Source of the DNA: Clostridiales bacterium
GTDB lineage: Bacteria; Bacillota; Clostridia; Oscillospirales; CAG-272
Assembly: GCA_022791195.1 (NCBI GenBank)
Contig: JAAVYP010000007.1
Location: 2,215-66,214 of the forward strand
Reading direction: 5' to 3'
Length of the DNA stretch: 64,000 nt
Made by a program: the position numbers and the translations under genes. How positions within the stretch are numbered: the stretch's first letter is position 1; each line of letters begins with the position of its first letter. Below the pieces are notes generated by a model. It ran no database searches. It saw nothing but the letters and a program-made list of their open reading frames with translations, and was not told the origin of the DNA. Positions 37,095 through 46,914 of this stretch are shown here, in pieces.

Positions 37095-37171
37095 TGGTCG
37101 GAGTGACTGGATTCGAACCAGCGGCCTCTTGGTCCCGAACCAAGCGCTCTACCAAGCTGAGCCACACCCCG
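37095..37171 (-). tRNA. tRNA-Pro (anticodon CGG), CCA encoded
   Basis: The minus strand reads CGGGGTGTGGCTCAGCTTGGTAGAGCGCTTGGTTCGGGACCAAGAGGCCGCTGGTTCGAATCCAGTCACTCCGACCA. The cloverleaf folds by hand: 7-bp acceptor, GCTC/GAGC D stem, CTTGG/CCAAG anticodon stem with loop TTCGGGA, and a TTCGAAT T-loop. Confidence 0.93.
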
Positions 37172-37306
37172 TTTTATATGAATAAGACCAACTGGCCAAA
37201 TTCTGTCTTATTTTGGATACATGCTCTCCATTTTCAAGCCTGACAGCAGTGAAGCGCACATAAGCTTCTCCCGCCAAGCTTTCAAACAAGCCAGCAACTT
37301 GATTCT

Positions 37307-37335
37307 ATTTTAGCATATATATAGCATAATGTCAA
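37307..37335 (-). promoter_or_regulatory. sigA promoter ~130 nt upstream of tRNA-Pro
   Basis: The minus strand reads TTGACA (37335..37330), a 17-nt spacer, then TAAAAT (37312..37307). Confidence 0.6.
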
Positions 37336-37344
37336 TACAAATTT

Positions 37345-38013
37345 TTAATCCAATACTCTGTTTTTATAATAACTCACCTCATGAATTTTATAACCATCGT
37401 CTGTATGCACCAAATAAATGATCTGTGTACGCGGACTGTCACTGGCTATATCCCGCCGAAAAGTGCCGTTGTTTTCCATAATGCAATAAGAGAGGTCAAA
37501 CACCTCTGCCTCGCCATACCTCTCAACGCCCTTAGCCGTCCCTTTATATGACACTAAAACATCATAAACCTTCTGCATAGTAAACGGCTCGAAAAAGCCA
37601 TTTTTATCTGTATATTCACTTGTATACATGGTGTTGAGTGCAGCATGATCCCCTTGAATCAGCGCATCAATATAATTCAAAAAAAATGACGCGCCTTTTT
37701 CATCGTTTTTGACATCGGCCAACGGATATGTTTCAGCTCCATTTTGAAAAAAGATCGTATGATCCTTCTCCATATATTTTTCGTCCTCCCAAATATTCTC
37801 TTCCCAATCCGGAAAATGGTAGATTAAATGATCGGTATTAATTTCATCCGGCTGGCTCCGCTTCTCCATAACAAATTGATTTACGGCAAAGGCTATGCCA
37901 TAGACAAGCACACAAACCAGCAAAATCGAAATGATCAGTATGCTTAATTTAAATAGATTCAGCCTTTTTCGATTGTTCATACTTTTCATAAAACCTGCCT
38001 TCTTTTTACTCAA
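37345..38013 (-). CDS. hypothetical membrane-anchored protein
   Basis: 222 aa with a basic N-terminus, a single TM segment (LSILIISILLVCVLVYGIAFAV) and an extracytoplasmic domain. I do not recognise a family. Confidence 0.6.
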   Translation of the reverse strand: MSKKKAGFMKSMNNRKRLNLFKLSILIISILLVCVLVYGIAFAVNQFVMEKRSQPDEINTDHLIYHFPDWEENIWEDEKYMEKDHTIFFQNGAETYPLADVKNDEKGASFFLNYIDALIQGDHAALNTMYTSEYTDKNGFFEPFTMQKVYDVLVSYKGTAKGVERYGEAEVFDLSYCIMENNGTFRRDIASDSPRTQIIYLVHTDDGYKIHEVSYYKNRVLD

Positions 38014-38279
38014 TCATTATTTTATCATTCGCTGCTTACGTTATTATGCATAGAATCAGAAAACTAATAAACACTCACACAACTCGCATTTATGAGAGAA
38101 CAGAAATCTCAAGAAGCAACTGAAAATCTGGCGGTTTAGGAAAAACCAAAATGTTACCCATACTGGGCAGCAAGACAAATTTCAGCAGCCAATCCCTTGC
38201 TTTGTTTCTGTACGCAGTCAGAACAAGCGGCAGGAGATTTCCCTGCCGCTTATCCATGTACATATTTTGGGGATCAGCC

Positions 38280-38879
38280 TTATTTTTTAATCTCTGTCAA
38301 AATCGTTTTAATGGCTGGCCCAAGCACAAGATTAAGACCAAACTCAATCAAAAAGTTAATGCCTACAAGTCCTACCATTATATACGTTAAAACGCTTGTT
38401 CCGTCTGCCAACGCCCACGCCGAAAGGGTGTCTGTAAAAAAGAGAACCATGCAAAGGCAAAACAAACCTGTGTTTACAACCGGGCATACAACCGCTGCAG
38501 CCATTGTCCTCACAAAATCATTCGCCTTGGATAACGCACGATAAACCAAAGCAGAAGCAAATCCTGCGACCGCACCTTTAAAAATACATACAACCGCTGT
38601 TAAAAAGGGATTTACATTCCACAATATGCTGCCGCCGGCATCCACGCCCGCAATACTGCAAATCAAAACAACTGCGCCGAAAGCGCCGCCTAAAATCGCG
38701 CCTTCTTTGGGTCCAAACAAAGCGCCGCCTAAAACCACCGGTATTAACACCAGCGTTAAACCCACCTGAAGGTGTGCGCTAATGGTATAGCTTAACAACT
38801 GCAGCACCACCACAATCGCGGCGAGCAGTGCCATCTGCACCATTTTTCTTGTTTTTGCTTGTGTGTTCATTGCCATCAT
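38280..38879 (-). CDS. ECF-transporter S component (likely pantothenate-specific, PanT-like)
   Basis: Small ~6-TM protein directly downstream of coaX. The starts ATG 38879/38876/38870 follow AAGGAGG; the track start 38921 is an extension. Substrate is inferred from context only. Confidence 0.6.
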   Translation of the reverse strand: MMAMNTQAKTRKMVQMALLAAIVVVLQLLSYTISAHLQVGLTLVLIPVVLGGALFGPKEGAILGGAFGAVVLICSIAGVDAGGSILWNVNPFLTAVVCIFKGAVAGFASALVYRALSKANDFVRTMAAAVVCPVVNTGLFCLCMVLFFTDTLSAWALADGTSVLTYIMVGLVGINFLIEFGLNLVLGPAIKTILTEIKK

Positions 38880-38970
38880 TGGCCTCCTTACTGCCGTTCC
38901 ATTATAGGATACAGCGTACAAAAATTTATTTACAAAAGACCAAATACCGCCCCGATGGGTGCAGCTTCAG

Positions 38971-39750
38971 TCAGTTTGTACTGTTTTTTATGTAAATATA
39001 GTAAAGTCCCTTCAGTGTTAAATGCTTACGCACGGTAACAGGCGTTTCGCAAATGGGCGCTACCAGTTCAGCCATACCGCCGGTGGCCACGACACTAAGA
39101 TTCTCTATTTGATAAGTCGTTTTTATTTTTTTGATAAAACCATCCACAGCAAATGCATTGGCATATAAAATACCCGCATTCATACTCACCGCTGTGTTTT
39201 TTCCAGCAAAGGCCTTCGGCTCTGACAAAGCAATCTGCGGCAGCTCGGCTGCGTCATGGCTGACCGCGCGAAGCGATGACTGGACGCCCGGATAAATAAA
39301 CACATCTGTGAGCTGTTTTTTGGCGTTAATCACGGTAAGCGTCGTGGCTGTGCCCAAATCAACAATCGCAATCGGTGCAGGAAAACGCTTGATAGCGGCC
39401 ACCGCATTGGCTACAATATCGGCCCCTAATTCAGATGGATGGTCCACCTTAATATCAAGTGAAGTTTTAATGCCTGGCCCCACCACAAGCGGTTTTGTTC
39501 CCTTAAACAATTTTTGTACAGCTACGCTAATCACAAACGTAAGCGACGGCACAACCGAGGCGATAATAGCATGACGGACTAACTTTAGATCAAAAGCATA
39601 AATATCAAATATATTTTTTAGCATTACCGCATACTCATCTTCACTCTTTGCACGGTCACAAGAGAGCTTAAAGCTAAGCGCAAGAGCGCCCTCGGGCGTA
39701 TAAATTCCCACCGAAATGCTGGAATTGCCAATATCCGCTGCAAAAATCAT
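38971..39750 (-). CDS. coaX: type III pantothenate kinase
   Basis: MIFAADIGNSSISVGIY ... DLGTATT ... ATGG motifs of the CoaX/ASKHA fold. ATG 39750 is preferred to the track start 39810. Confidence 0.88.
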   Translation of the reverse strand: MIFAADIGNSSISVGIYTPEGALALSFKLSCDRAKSEDEYAVMLKNIFDIYAFDLKLVRHAIIASVVPSLTFVISVAVQKLFKGTKPLVVGPGIKTSLDIKVDHPSELGADIVANAVAAIKRFPAPIAIVDLGTATTLTVINAKKQLTDVFIYPGVQSSLRAVSHDAAELPQIALSEPKAFAGKNTAVSMNAGILYANAFAVDGFIKKIKTTYQIENLSVVATGGMAELVAPICETPVTVRKHLTLKGLYYIYIKNSTN

Positions 39751-39832
39751 GCTTTCGTTCACTTTCCCACTCGAAGAAACGGCTCCCCTGTCTGCGGTTT
39801 CACAAGACAAAGCGACAGCCTAAGTTTTCCTT

Positions 39833-39861
39833 ATTATATGCTATTTTCCCCCGTCTGTCAA
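39833..39861 (-). promoter_or_regulatory. sigA promoter of coaX and the S-component gene
   Basis: The minus strand reads TTGACA (39861..39856), a 17-nt spacer, then TATAAT (39838..39833), just after the sigG stop. Confidence 0.65.
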
Positions 39862-39863
39862 GG

Positions 39864-40658
39864 CTAAAGCTGTTTACGAATCCGTGACAGCGCCCCTTTT
39901 TCAAGCCGCGAAACCTGCGCTTGTGAAATGCCCATCTCATCCGCAATTTCCATTTGCGTTTTTCCTTTATAATAGCGTTTGTCAATAATGGATCGTTCAC
40001 GCTCGCCCAACTTTTTCATAGCTTCGTTAATTGCTATATTTTCAAGCCAGCTTTCATCCGTATTCTCTGCGTCCTTCACCTGATCCATCACATACAATGT
40101 CTCGCCCGAGGAGCCGTCGTTATAGACGGGGTCAAAAAGAGAAACCGGCTCAATAATCGCCTCTAAAGCAGCGGCAACATCCTCGGCTGTACAGTCAAAG
40201 CCCTCGTCGATAATTTGTTTTGTAATTTCCTCTACCGACGGCTCCTTGGCCATTTTTTTAGACAGTATATCCCGCGCGCTCAGCGCACGATAGGCTAAAT
40301 CACGCACTGACCGGCTGACGCGAATGGCATTGTTATCCCGCAAATAACGGCGAATCTCGCCAATAATCATGGGCACGGCATAGGTAGAGAATTTTACATC
40401 TAACTCGGTATTAAAATTATCAATTGATTTGATAAGACCTACGCAGCCCACCTGAAATAAATCGTCCGGGTTTTCACCCCGCGCCGAAAAACGCTGTATG
40501 ACTGACAACACCAAGCGCAGGTTCCCGCTGATCAGCCTTTCTCTTGCCATTTCATCGCCCGTCTGCGCCTTTTGCAGCAATTCTATTTTTTCTTTATCAG
40601 TTAGGGTCGGCAGTTTTGCCGTATTCACCCCGCATATTTCCACCTTGCTATAATACAT
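39864..40658 (-). CDS. sigG: sporulation sigma factor SigG
   Basis: KVEICGVNTAKLPTL..., GNLRLVLSVIQRF, DLFQVGCVGLIKSIDNF and KFSTYAVPMIIGEIRRYLRDNN closely follow the B. subtilis SigG sequence as I recall it. ATG 40658 has GGAG 8 nt upstream. Confidence 0.88.
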   Translation of the reverse strand: MYYSKVEICGVNTAKLPTLTDKEKIELLQKAQTGDEMARERLISGNLRLVLSVIQRFSARGENPDDLFQVGCVGLIKSIDNFNTELDVKFSTYAVPMIIGEIRRYLRDNNAIRVSRSVRDLAYRALSARDILSKKMAKEPSVEEITKQIIDEGFDCTAEDVAAALEAIIEPVSLFDPVYNDGSSGETLYVMDQVKDAENTDESWLENIAINEAMKKLGERERSIIDKRYYKGKTQMEIADEMGISQAQVSRLEKGALSRIRKQL

Positions 40659-40879
40659 GTTAATCTCCATTCCGCCGCATTAACGGTTACACCAATAGAA
40701 ATGAAATTCACCGGGTCTGCGAAGCAGACAAAAGCGGGAATAGAGCCAATTTGGATATAGATTACCTTCACTATAAATTGAACGTATCTTTCACGCTGCA
40801 TTCCCAACGGTTACTATAACAAGTATTGACGGCTGGCAGAATGCGTAAACAAAAAACGATTTGGTAATAAAAGGGGTAA

Positions 40880-40919
40880 AACAAAAAGCAAGAAAATATC
40901 TTTACGATATTTTCTTGCT
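40880..40919 (-). terminator. strong intrinsic terminator after the nucleoside ABC operon
   Basis: The minus strand reads AGCAAGAAAATATC gtaaa GATATTTTCTTGCT (14-bp stem) followed by TTTTTGTTTT. Confidence 0.85.
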
Positions 40920-40977
40920 GTGTCTGATTCATCTTATCACAAATCTGCCTTTCGGTATGCACGAAGCAAATCGCACA

Positions 40978-42096
40978 TCACCGTTCTTCTCTGAAATACG
41001 GCAGTCCCAAAGAGCTCGGCCCTTGGTTTTCCTTTTTTCGGCGCAGACTCACGACAATCAGCACCACAATGGTCACTGCATACGGCAGCATATTGAACAA
41101 CTCCCCGCTCTTTCTGGAAAGCTGAATAAACGGAAAAACCTTAGGCACGTAATAATACGCCCAGTATAAAAATCCAAAAACATAAGCGCCCCAAATAGCA
41201 TGCACCGATTTCCATGTAGCAAAAATCACAAGCGCCACGGCCAACCAGCCGAGTTTTTCAATCGTGCCGTCGTTTGCCCAAGTGCCTTTGATATAGTCCA
41301 TGACATAATAAACACCGCCAAGGCCCGTAATGCCTGCACCGAGGCAAGTAGCCAAATATTTGTTCTTTGTAATGGCGATTCCCGCCGCATCGGCCGTAGC
41401 CGGATTTTCACCGACAGCACGCAGATTTAACCCCCTGCGCGTTTTAAATAGAAAGAGATGAAGCAAAACGGCAAGTATAACCGCTGCATACACTAAAAAA
41501 CCATAGGAAAAGAAGATTTTTCCTATCACGCCCTGTGAAGAAAGCCAAGGCAAGCCGGTTCTGAACGCCTGACTGGTCGTTGCCACCGAAATTTGCCCAA
41601 CACCGCCCGAAAGCTTGACCAGCGAGCCGCCAAAAAAGTTAGCCACGCCGGTACCAAAAATCGTCAGCGTCAAACCGGTTACATTTTGATTGGCACGCAG
41701 CGTAATGGTGATAAAGCTATACAGCAGGCCGCCAAGCGCCGCCGCGCCGAATCCACACACCAGGGCAATCACAATACCAAGCACACCGTTTGCGTCCCAA
41801 GACTGCGCGGCCGCATTTTGCTGAACAAGAAACGAAAATAATCCCGTCGGCCGCCAGTCCTGCGCTGCGCCGCCCGCAGCGGTAAACGCTTCAATACGTG
41901 CCTGTATGGCCGCCTGCACCGAATTTTGATACATAAAAACACCGGCCAAAGAGGCAATGCCGCCAAAATACATAAGCCCTGGCACGCCCAAATTTAAATT
42001 GCCTGAACGCTCGGTCAAAATTTCGCCCATACAGCCAAACAATATGACTGTACCAAAAGCAATGGCGGCCTGAAGCCATGCAATCATAGAATCCAT
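40978..42096 (-). CDS. ABC transporter permease (BMP/nucleoside uptake type, second permease)
   Basis: 372-aa polytopic protein, last gene of the SBP-ATPase-permease-permease set. Confidence 0.85.
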   Translation of the reverse strand: MDSMIAWLQAAIAFGTVILFGCMGEILTERSGNLNLGVPGLMYFGGIASLAGVFMYQNSVQAAIQARIEAFTAAGGAAQDWRPTGLFSFLVQQNAAAQSWDANGVLGIVIALVCGFGAAALGGLLYSFITITLRANQNVTGLTLTIFGTGVANFFGGSLVKLSGGVGQISVATTSQAFRTGLPWLSSQGVIGKIFFSYGFLVYAAVILAVLLHLFLFKTRRGLNLRAVGENPATADAAGIAITKNKYLATCLGAGITGLGGVYYVMDYIKGTWANDGTIEKLGWLAVALVIFATWKSVHAIWGAYVFGFLYWAYYYVPKVFPFIQLSRKSGELFNMLPYAVTIVVLIVVSLRRKKENQGPSSLGLPYFREER

Positions 42097-43271
42097 CAGT
42101 CAGCCACCTCCTTGGTGCTTCGTTTTATATGCAAATGCACCTTATACTGTATAAAAAACTCGCAGCCAATAATAAAGAAAAGAATAATCCCCTCCACCAT
42201 TTTGGAAGCATAAGTATTAAAGTGATACTGAGAGGCAATCTCATTCGCGCCTGTCTCTAAAAACACGATTAAAAGAGAAGCAAAAGCCATGACAAAGGTG
42301 TTAAATTTAGAAAGCCATGCAACAATAATAGCGGTAAAGCCGCGTCCGCCGGCTGTAGCGGTAGAGATGGTATGGCTCGAACCGGAGACGGCAATAAATC
42401 CGGCCAAGCCGCACACAGCACCCGACAAAATCATGGTGCGGACAATGACTTTTTTGACGTTAATACCTGCATATTTCGCTGTATTCTCGCTTTCGCCCAC
42501 GACGGCAATTTCATACCCCTGCTTGCTTTTCTTTAAATAGACAAACATCGCAATAGTCAGTGCACTGACAATAATGATATTCCACATAAAGTCATTATTC
42601 GCTCCGGCAGAGAAAAAATTGGGCAGCCAGCCAATCTTGGTATCCCGATTAATCACGCCCACCGTATTGGAGCCATATGGATTTTCCCACATAGCGACAA
42701 AATAAGAGGTAAGCTGAATGGCGATATAATTCATCATAAGCGTAAACAGGGTTTCGTTTGTATTCCATTTCGCTTTAAACAAAGCGGGAATCAGTCCCCA
42801 CACCGCGCCGGCCAAAAGGCTGGCGCCAGCCATGCAGGCAAAAAGCAGCGGGGTAGGCAGCGAACCGCCAAAATAAATCATAATACCTGCGGTGGCTATA
42901 CCGCCCACCAGCACTTGTCCCTCGGCACCACAGTTCCAAAAGCGCATTTTAAAGGCTGGTGCCAGACCCACGCTGATACAAAGAAGCGTCATCACATCCC
43001 GAAGGGTAGTCCATGCAGTACGATTCAGCGAAAGGCGGCCTGCCTTTTTAACAAACAGCGAATCGCCAAAAGTACCTTTCAGCATTGTGCCGTATACTTT
43101 AAACGGATTCATTTTGGTTATCGCATAAATTAAAAGCGCGCTAAGCACCAAAGCAATCAGCAAAGCCGCCGCCCGAATAAGCCACGCCTTATACCAAACC
43201 ATCTGCGCCCGGCGGGACAGCCGAAAAAGCGGCTCTTTAGCTGCTGCCGTTTTTTGATTATTCTTTTTCAT
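42096..43271 (-). CDS. ABC transporter permease (BMP/nucleoside uptake type, first permease)
   Basis: Polytopic. ATG 43271 (MKKNNQKT) is the likely start; the track start is 43292. Confidence 0.85.
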   Translation of the reverse strand: MKKNNQKTAAAKEPLFRLSRRAQMVWYKAWLIRAAALLIALVLSALLIYAITKMNPFKVYGTMLKGTFGDSLFVKKAGRLSLNRTAWTTLRDVMTLLCISVGLAPAFKMRFWNCGAEGQVLVGGIATAGIMIYFGGSLPTPLLFACMAGASLLAGAVWGLIPALFKAKWNTNETLFTLMMNYIAIQLTSYFVAMWENPYGSNTVGVINRDTKIGWLPNFFSAGANNDFMWNIIIVSALTIAMFVYLKKSKQGYEIAVVGESENTAKYAGINVKKVIVRTMILSGAVCGLAGFIAVSGSSHTISTATAGGRGFTAIIVAWLSKFNTFVMAFASLLIVFLETGANEIASQYHFNTYASKMVEGIILFFIIGCEFFIQYKVHLHIKRSTKEVAD

Positions 43272-44859
43272 GCCCCTCTCCTTTCTGCGCATTTTCTTGC
43301 TCCTGACTTAGCAAGCCCGTCTCTTTGTAAGCCGCTTTCATTGGCCCTGTCATGAGCAGGCCAAGTTCTTCCTTTGTGGTCGATTTTGCGTCTACAATGC
43401 CAGTCATCCGGCCTGCACAAAGCACCATAATGCGGTCGCAAAGTGCCAGCAGAACGTCTAAATCCTCACCCACATAGAGTACGGCAACGCCTTTTCGCTT
43501 TTGCTCATCCAGCAAATGATAAATTGTATACGATGTATGAATATCAAGCCCCCGCACTGCGTAGGCAGTCATCAGAACCGTTGGCTCGGCAGCAATTTCC
43601 CGTCCAACCAACACCTTTTGTACATTGCCGCCTGAAAGACGGCGCACAGGAGTATTCAGCCCCGGGGTCACTACCTCCAGCTCACTGCGGATTTTCTCTG
43701 CCAATGTTCTCGGCGCTTTGGAAGAAGTGAAAAAAGGCTGTCCTTGCCCATAATTTTTTAACATCATATTGCCGGTCATGCCCATGCCGCCTACCAGGCC
43801 CATGCCTAAGCGATCCTCCGGAACAAAAGAAAGGGCAATCCCGTTTTGCCTGATTTTTTTAGGACTCAATCCTAACAACGACTTTGGCTGCTGTTCTTCT
43901 GGCGGAAAATAGGTGAGGCTGCTTCCCTCGGCGGCCGGTGCAAGACCGGCAATGACCTCTAAAAGCTCCTTTTGTCCGCAGCCGGAAATACCAGCTATAC
44001 CGAGAATTTCACCGCTGTATGCCGAAAAGCTCACTTTATCTAACGCTTTGCCGCCCTCTTGATTGTAACAGCTAAGATTTTCCACCTGCAGCCGTATTTC
44101 TTTTTTCTCGACCTGTGAACGCGTGATGTCTAACGCCACCTTTTTGCCCACCATCATTTCGGTTAATGATAGTTCAGTGGCCTTTTCAGTTGGCACAGCA
44201 CCAACATATTCACCCTTTCGCAAAATAGCAACCCGATCCGAAACAGAAAGCACCTCATGCAATTTATGCGTAATAATCACAACCGCCTTTTGGTCATCCC
44301 GCATATTGCGTATCACTTGAAATAAACGCTCTGACTCCTGCGGGGTTAACACAGCGGTAGGCTCGTCTAAGATTAAAATATCCGCGCCGCGATACAAAAC
44401 CTTGATAATCTCCAAAGTCTGTTTCTCCGAAACAGACATATTATAAACCTTTTGGTTCGGATCAATCTGAAAGCCGTATTTTTCACAGATGGCCTGAATC
44501 TTTTCCATCACCTGTCGCTTGCTCTGTGATTCATTAAGACCAAGCACGATATTTTCAGCCGCCGTAAATACATCCACCAGTTTATAATGCTGATGGATCA
44601 TGCCTATACCAAGCGCCAGCGCATCTTTGGGCGAACGAATCGAAGCCTTCTGGCCATTGACATAAATTTCACCGCTGTCGGGATAATAAATGCCTGCAAG
44701 CATATTCATAAGCGTTGTCTTGCCGCTTCCGTTTTCACCGAGCAGTGAAAGAATCTCGCCGCGCTTGATAGCGAGCGTTACCTCATGGTTTGCCTGCACC
44801 GCCCCAAATCGCTTGCTGATCTTCTGCATCTGCACCGCAACCGTCTGTTCCATTTTCAC
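43258..44859 (-). CDS. ABC transporter ATP-binding protein with duplicated NBDs (sugar/nucleoside type)
   Basis: 533 aa. The first NBD has GENGSGKTT and ILILDEPT. The second, degenerate NBD has LSGGNVQK. Confidence 0.9.
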   Translation of the reverse strand: MKMEQTVAVQMQKISKRFGAVQANHEVTLAIKRGEILSLLGENGSGKTTLMNMLAGIYYPDSGEIYVNGQKASIRSPKDALALGIGMIHQHYKLVDVFTAAENIVLGLNESQSKRQVMEKIQAICEKYGFQIDPNQKVYNMSVSEKQTLEIIKVLYRGADILILDEPTAVLTPQESERLFQVIRNMRDDQKAVVIITHKLHEVLSVSDRVAILRKGEYVGAVPTEKATELSLTEMMVGKKVALDITRSQVEKKEIRLQVENLSCYNQEGGKALDKVSFSAYSGEILGIAGISGCGQKELLEVIAGLAPAAEGSSLTYFPPEEQQPKSLLGLSPKKIRQNGIALSFVPEDRLGMGLVGGMGMTGNMMLKNYGQGQPFFTSSKAPRTLAEKIRSELEVVTPGLNTPVRRLSGGNVQKVLVGREIAAEPTVLMTAYAVRGLDIHTSYTIYHLLDEQKRKGVAVLYVGEDLDVLLALCDRIMVLCAGRMTGIVDAKSTTKEELGLLMTGPMKAAYKETGLLSQEQENAQKGEGHEKE

Positions 44860-44991
44860 TCACATCCTTTGCTTTTGCTCATAGAACAAGCGAGAGCCTC
44901 TCTCGCTTCTTATACGAACAAAAGGTTAGAAATCCGGTGACGGAAGCTGCTATAAACAACTTCCGTCACACACTGAATTTCTCTTCTTTAC

Positions 44992-46266
44992 TTAATTTTC
45001 AGTTAATTCTGTAATGCCGTCAATACGAAGCCAGAAAGATGGCGCTGCACGGAAATAAGATTCGTGATAATAGCCATCGATAATCGCTTCATCGGCATCG
45101 GGAACAAAATCTCCATCAGTATCGGTAGCAAAAGCAGTGGTAACCTCTTCACCTCGAACTGTGAATTTAGAAGTATCAAACACATGCAGAGTGCCCTCTT
45201 TCAGTGCTTTTTCTACTTCTTCAATTTTTTCCTTAGTGCCTTCGGCGCAAGCTTTGCCAAGTTCTGTGGTACGAACTGCGTCTTTTTCATAACCTTCGGC
45301 CCAGTTGGTGTCAATGTCCTCGCCCTTCAGCATCTGGCCGAATGCATATTCATAATAAACAGCCCAGTTATTTGTCGCTGAAACCAGCGCAGCATCGGGT
45401 GCCACCTCTAACATGCTGATATTATAACCAACACTGTAGCAAACCGTACCGGCCTTATTCAGCGCCTGAACAGCCGCCGGCGCACCGGTCGAATCCGCAT
45501 GCTGACCAATAATGACACAACCATCAGAAACCATCGCTTCGGCAGCTGTTCCCTCAGCGATAATATCAAACCAGGAGTTGGTGTAAGACACTTCCATCAC
45601 CACATCTTCAAACACGCTCTTCACGCCGAGATAAAATGCCGTGTAACCCGAAACCACTTCGGCAAAAGGATGTGCACCTACATAACCGATTTTTACATTG
45701 CCGTCTTTATCATAGTTTTTGTCGGTAAGCTTTCCGTCCTTAACCAGTTCGGCAATTTTCATACCGGCAGCCACACCCGACACATATCTTGATTCATAAA
45801 TTTTAGTAAATGCATTTTTAAAATTCGCAAGACCGCTTGTTTTGGCGGTATCACCTGTCATCGAAATAAAGGTAATATCTTCATCCTGATAAGTCTCTGC
45901 CACTTCCTGCATATAGGTCTGATGACCGTAGCTGTTGGAAATAATCAGATTGCAGCCTGCTTCCACCAATTTAACGGCTGTATCGTGGCATTCATCCGAC
46001 TCCAGAATATTGTAATAGAAAATAATCTGGTCTTCCGGAATGTTCAGCGCCGCGGCAGCGGTCTTAATGCCCTCGATATGTGCATAGGTATATCCTTCAT
46101 TTTCATCACCGATCAAAATAACCCCTATTTTGAGATCCTTCTGCGGCTCAGACGAATTGGTCTGCCCCTCTCCCTCTTGATTCTCTTTGTTGCTGCATCC
46201 AGCAAAAGCCATGCCAGCCATGAGCGCAACCGCAAGAACCAGTAAAAGCGAAATCAGTCTTTTCAT
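44992..46266 (-). CDS. BMP-family ABC substrate-binding lipoprotein
   Basis: Lipobox MAFAGCS and PnrA/Med-like sequence, with a ~70-aa C-terminal extension. ATG 46266 follows AGGAGG. Confidence 0.85.
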   Translation of the reverse strand: MKRLISLLLVLAVALMAGMAFAGCSNKENQEGEGQTNSSEPQKDLKIGVILIGDENEGYTYAHIEGIKTAAAALNIPEDQIIFYYNILESDECHDTAVKLVEAGCNLIISNSYGHQTYMQEVAETYQDEDITFISMTGDTAKTSGLANFKNAFTKIYESRYVSGVAAGMKIAELVKDGKLTDKNYDKDGNVKIGYVGAHPFAEVVSGYTAFYLGVKSVFEDVVMEVSYTNSWFDIIAEGTAAEAMVSDGCVIIGQHADSTGAPAAVQALNKAGTVCYSVGYNISMLEVAPDAALVSATNNWAVYYEYAFGQMLKGEDIDTNWAEGYEKDAVRTTELGKACAEGTKEKIEEVEKALKEGTLHVFDTSKFTVRGEEVTTAFATDTDGDFVPDADEAIIDGYYHESYFRAAPSFWLRIDGITELTEN

Positions 46267-46314
46267 GTTTTTCCTCCTGCCTTTAGGCAATTTTTATATA
46301 AAATTACGCTTACC

Positions 46315-46884
46315 TTATCGGTAAACAATTTTATTCGGCTCCATCTTTTCAATAATTGCTAAGCTTTCAACACGTATCCCCTGTGCGCGCAAGGCGTCAC
46401 CGCCGCCCTGAAAACCTTTTTCAATCCCGATAGCCGCGCCGGCAAGCGAGGCGCCCGCTTGCTCGATCATGCCGGTCAAGCCGGCCACCGCGTTGCCCTC
46501 GGCCAGAAAATCATCTACAATTAAAACCATATCCTGTGATGAAATATACGCTTGAGGAATCACGGCATGATAATCACAATCATGTGTAAAAGAATGAATC
46601 GCCGCCTGATACACTTCGCCAGAAACATTACTGGTCTTGCTCTTTTTTGCAAAAACCACCGGCACCTTCATATAATAGGCCGCCGCCAGCGCAAGAGCTA
46701 TGCCGGACGCCTCAATCGTGACGATTTTCGTAATCGGCTCGTTTTGGTACAAGCGGGCAATCTCTTGGCCCATCTCAAACATAAAAGCCGTATCAATTTT
46801 TTGATTTAAAAAAGAGCCCACTTTCAAAACATTTGATGAAAGTGCCTCGCCTTCCTCGGTTATTCTTTTTTCCAGTGCTTTCAT
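46315..46884 (-). CDS. xpt: xanthine phosphoribosyltransferase
   Basis: MKALEKRITEEGEAL..., the PRPP loop VLIVDDFLAEGNA, and 189 aa from ATG 46884 (GGAG upstream). The track start 46944 overlaps the promoter. Confidence 0.9.
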   Translation of the reverse strand: MKALEKRITEEGEALSSNVLKVGSFLNQKIDTAFMFEMGQEIARLYQNEPITKIVTIEASGIALALAAAYYMKVPVVFAKKSKTSNVSGEVYQAAIHSFTHDCDYHAVIPQAYISSQDMVLIVDDFLAEGNAVAGLTGMIEQAGASLAGAAIGIEKGFQGGGDALRAQGIRVESLAIIEKMEPNKIVYR

Positions 46885-46914
46885 ACCTTTTCTCCACATT
46901 GGCTTTACGGTAAG

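Noticed and set aside
36789-37167. ORFs 36789-37013 (+) and 36985-37167 (-)
   Set aside because: The minus-strand ORF runs through tRNA-Pro and its terminator. The plus-strand one crosses AT-rich intergenic sequence and the GC-rich hairpin, with no RBS.
40671-40977. Forespore (sigF/sigG-type) promoter upstream of sigG, and ORFs 40625-40807 / 40771-40962
   Set aside because: I could not align a convincing GHATR-N18-CATNNTA or GCATR-N15-GGNRANANT motif by eye. The two ORFs have no RBS and span the terminator of the upstream ABC operon.
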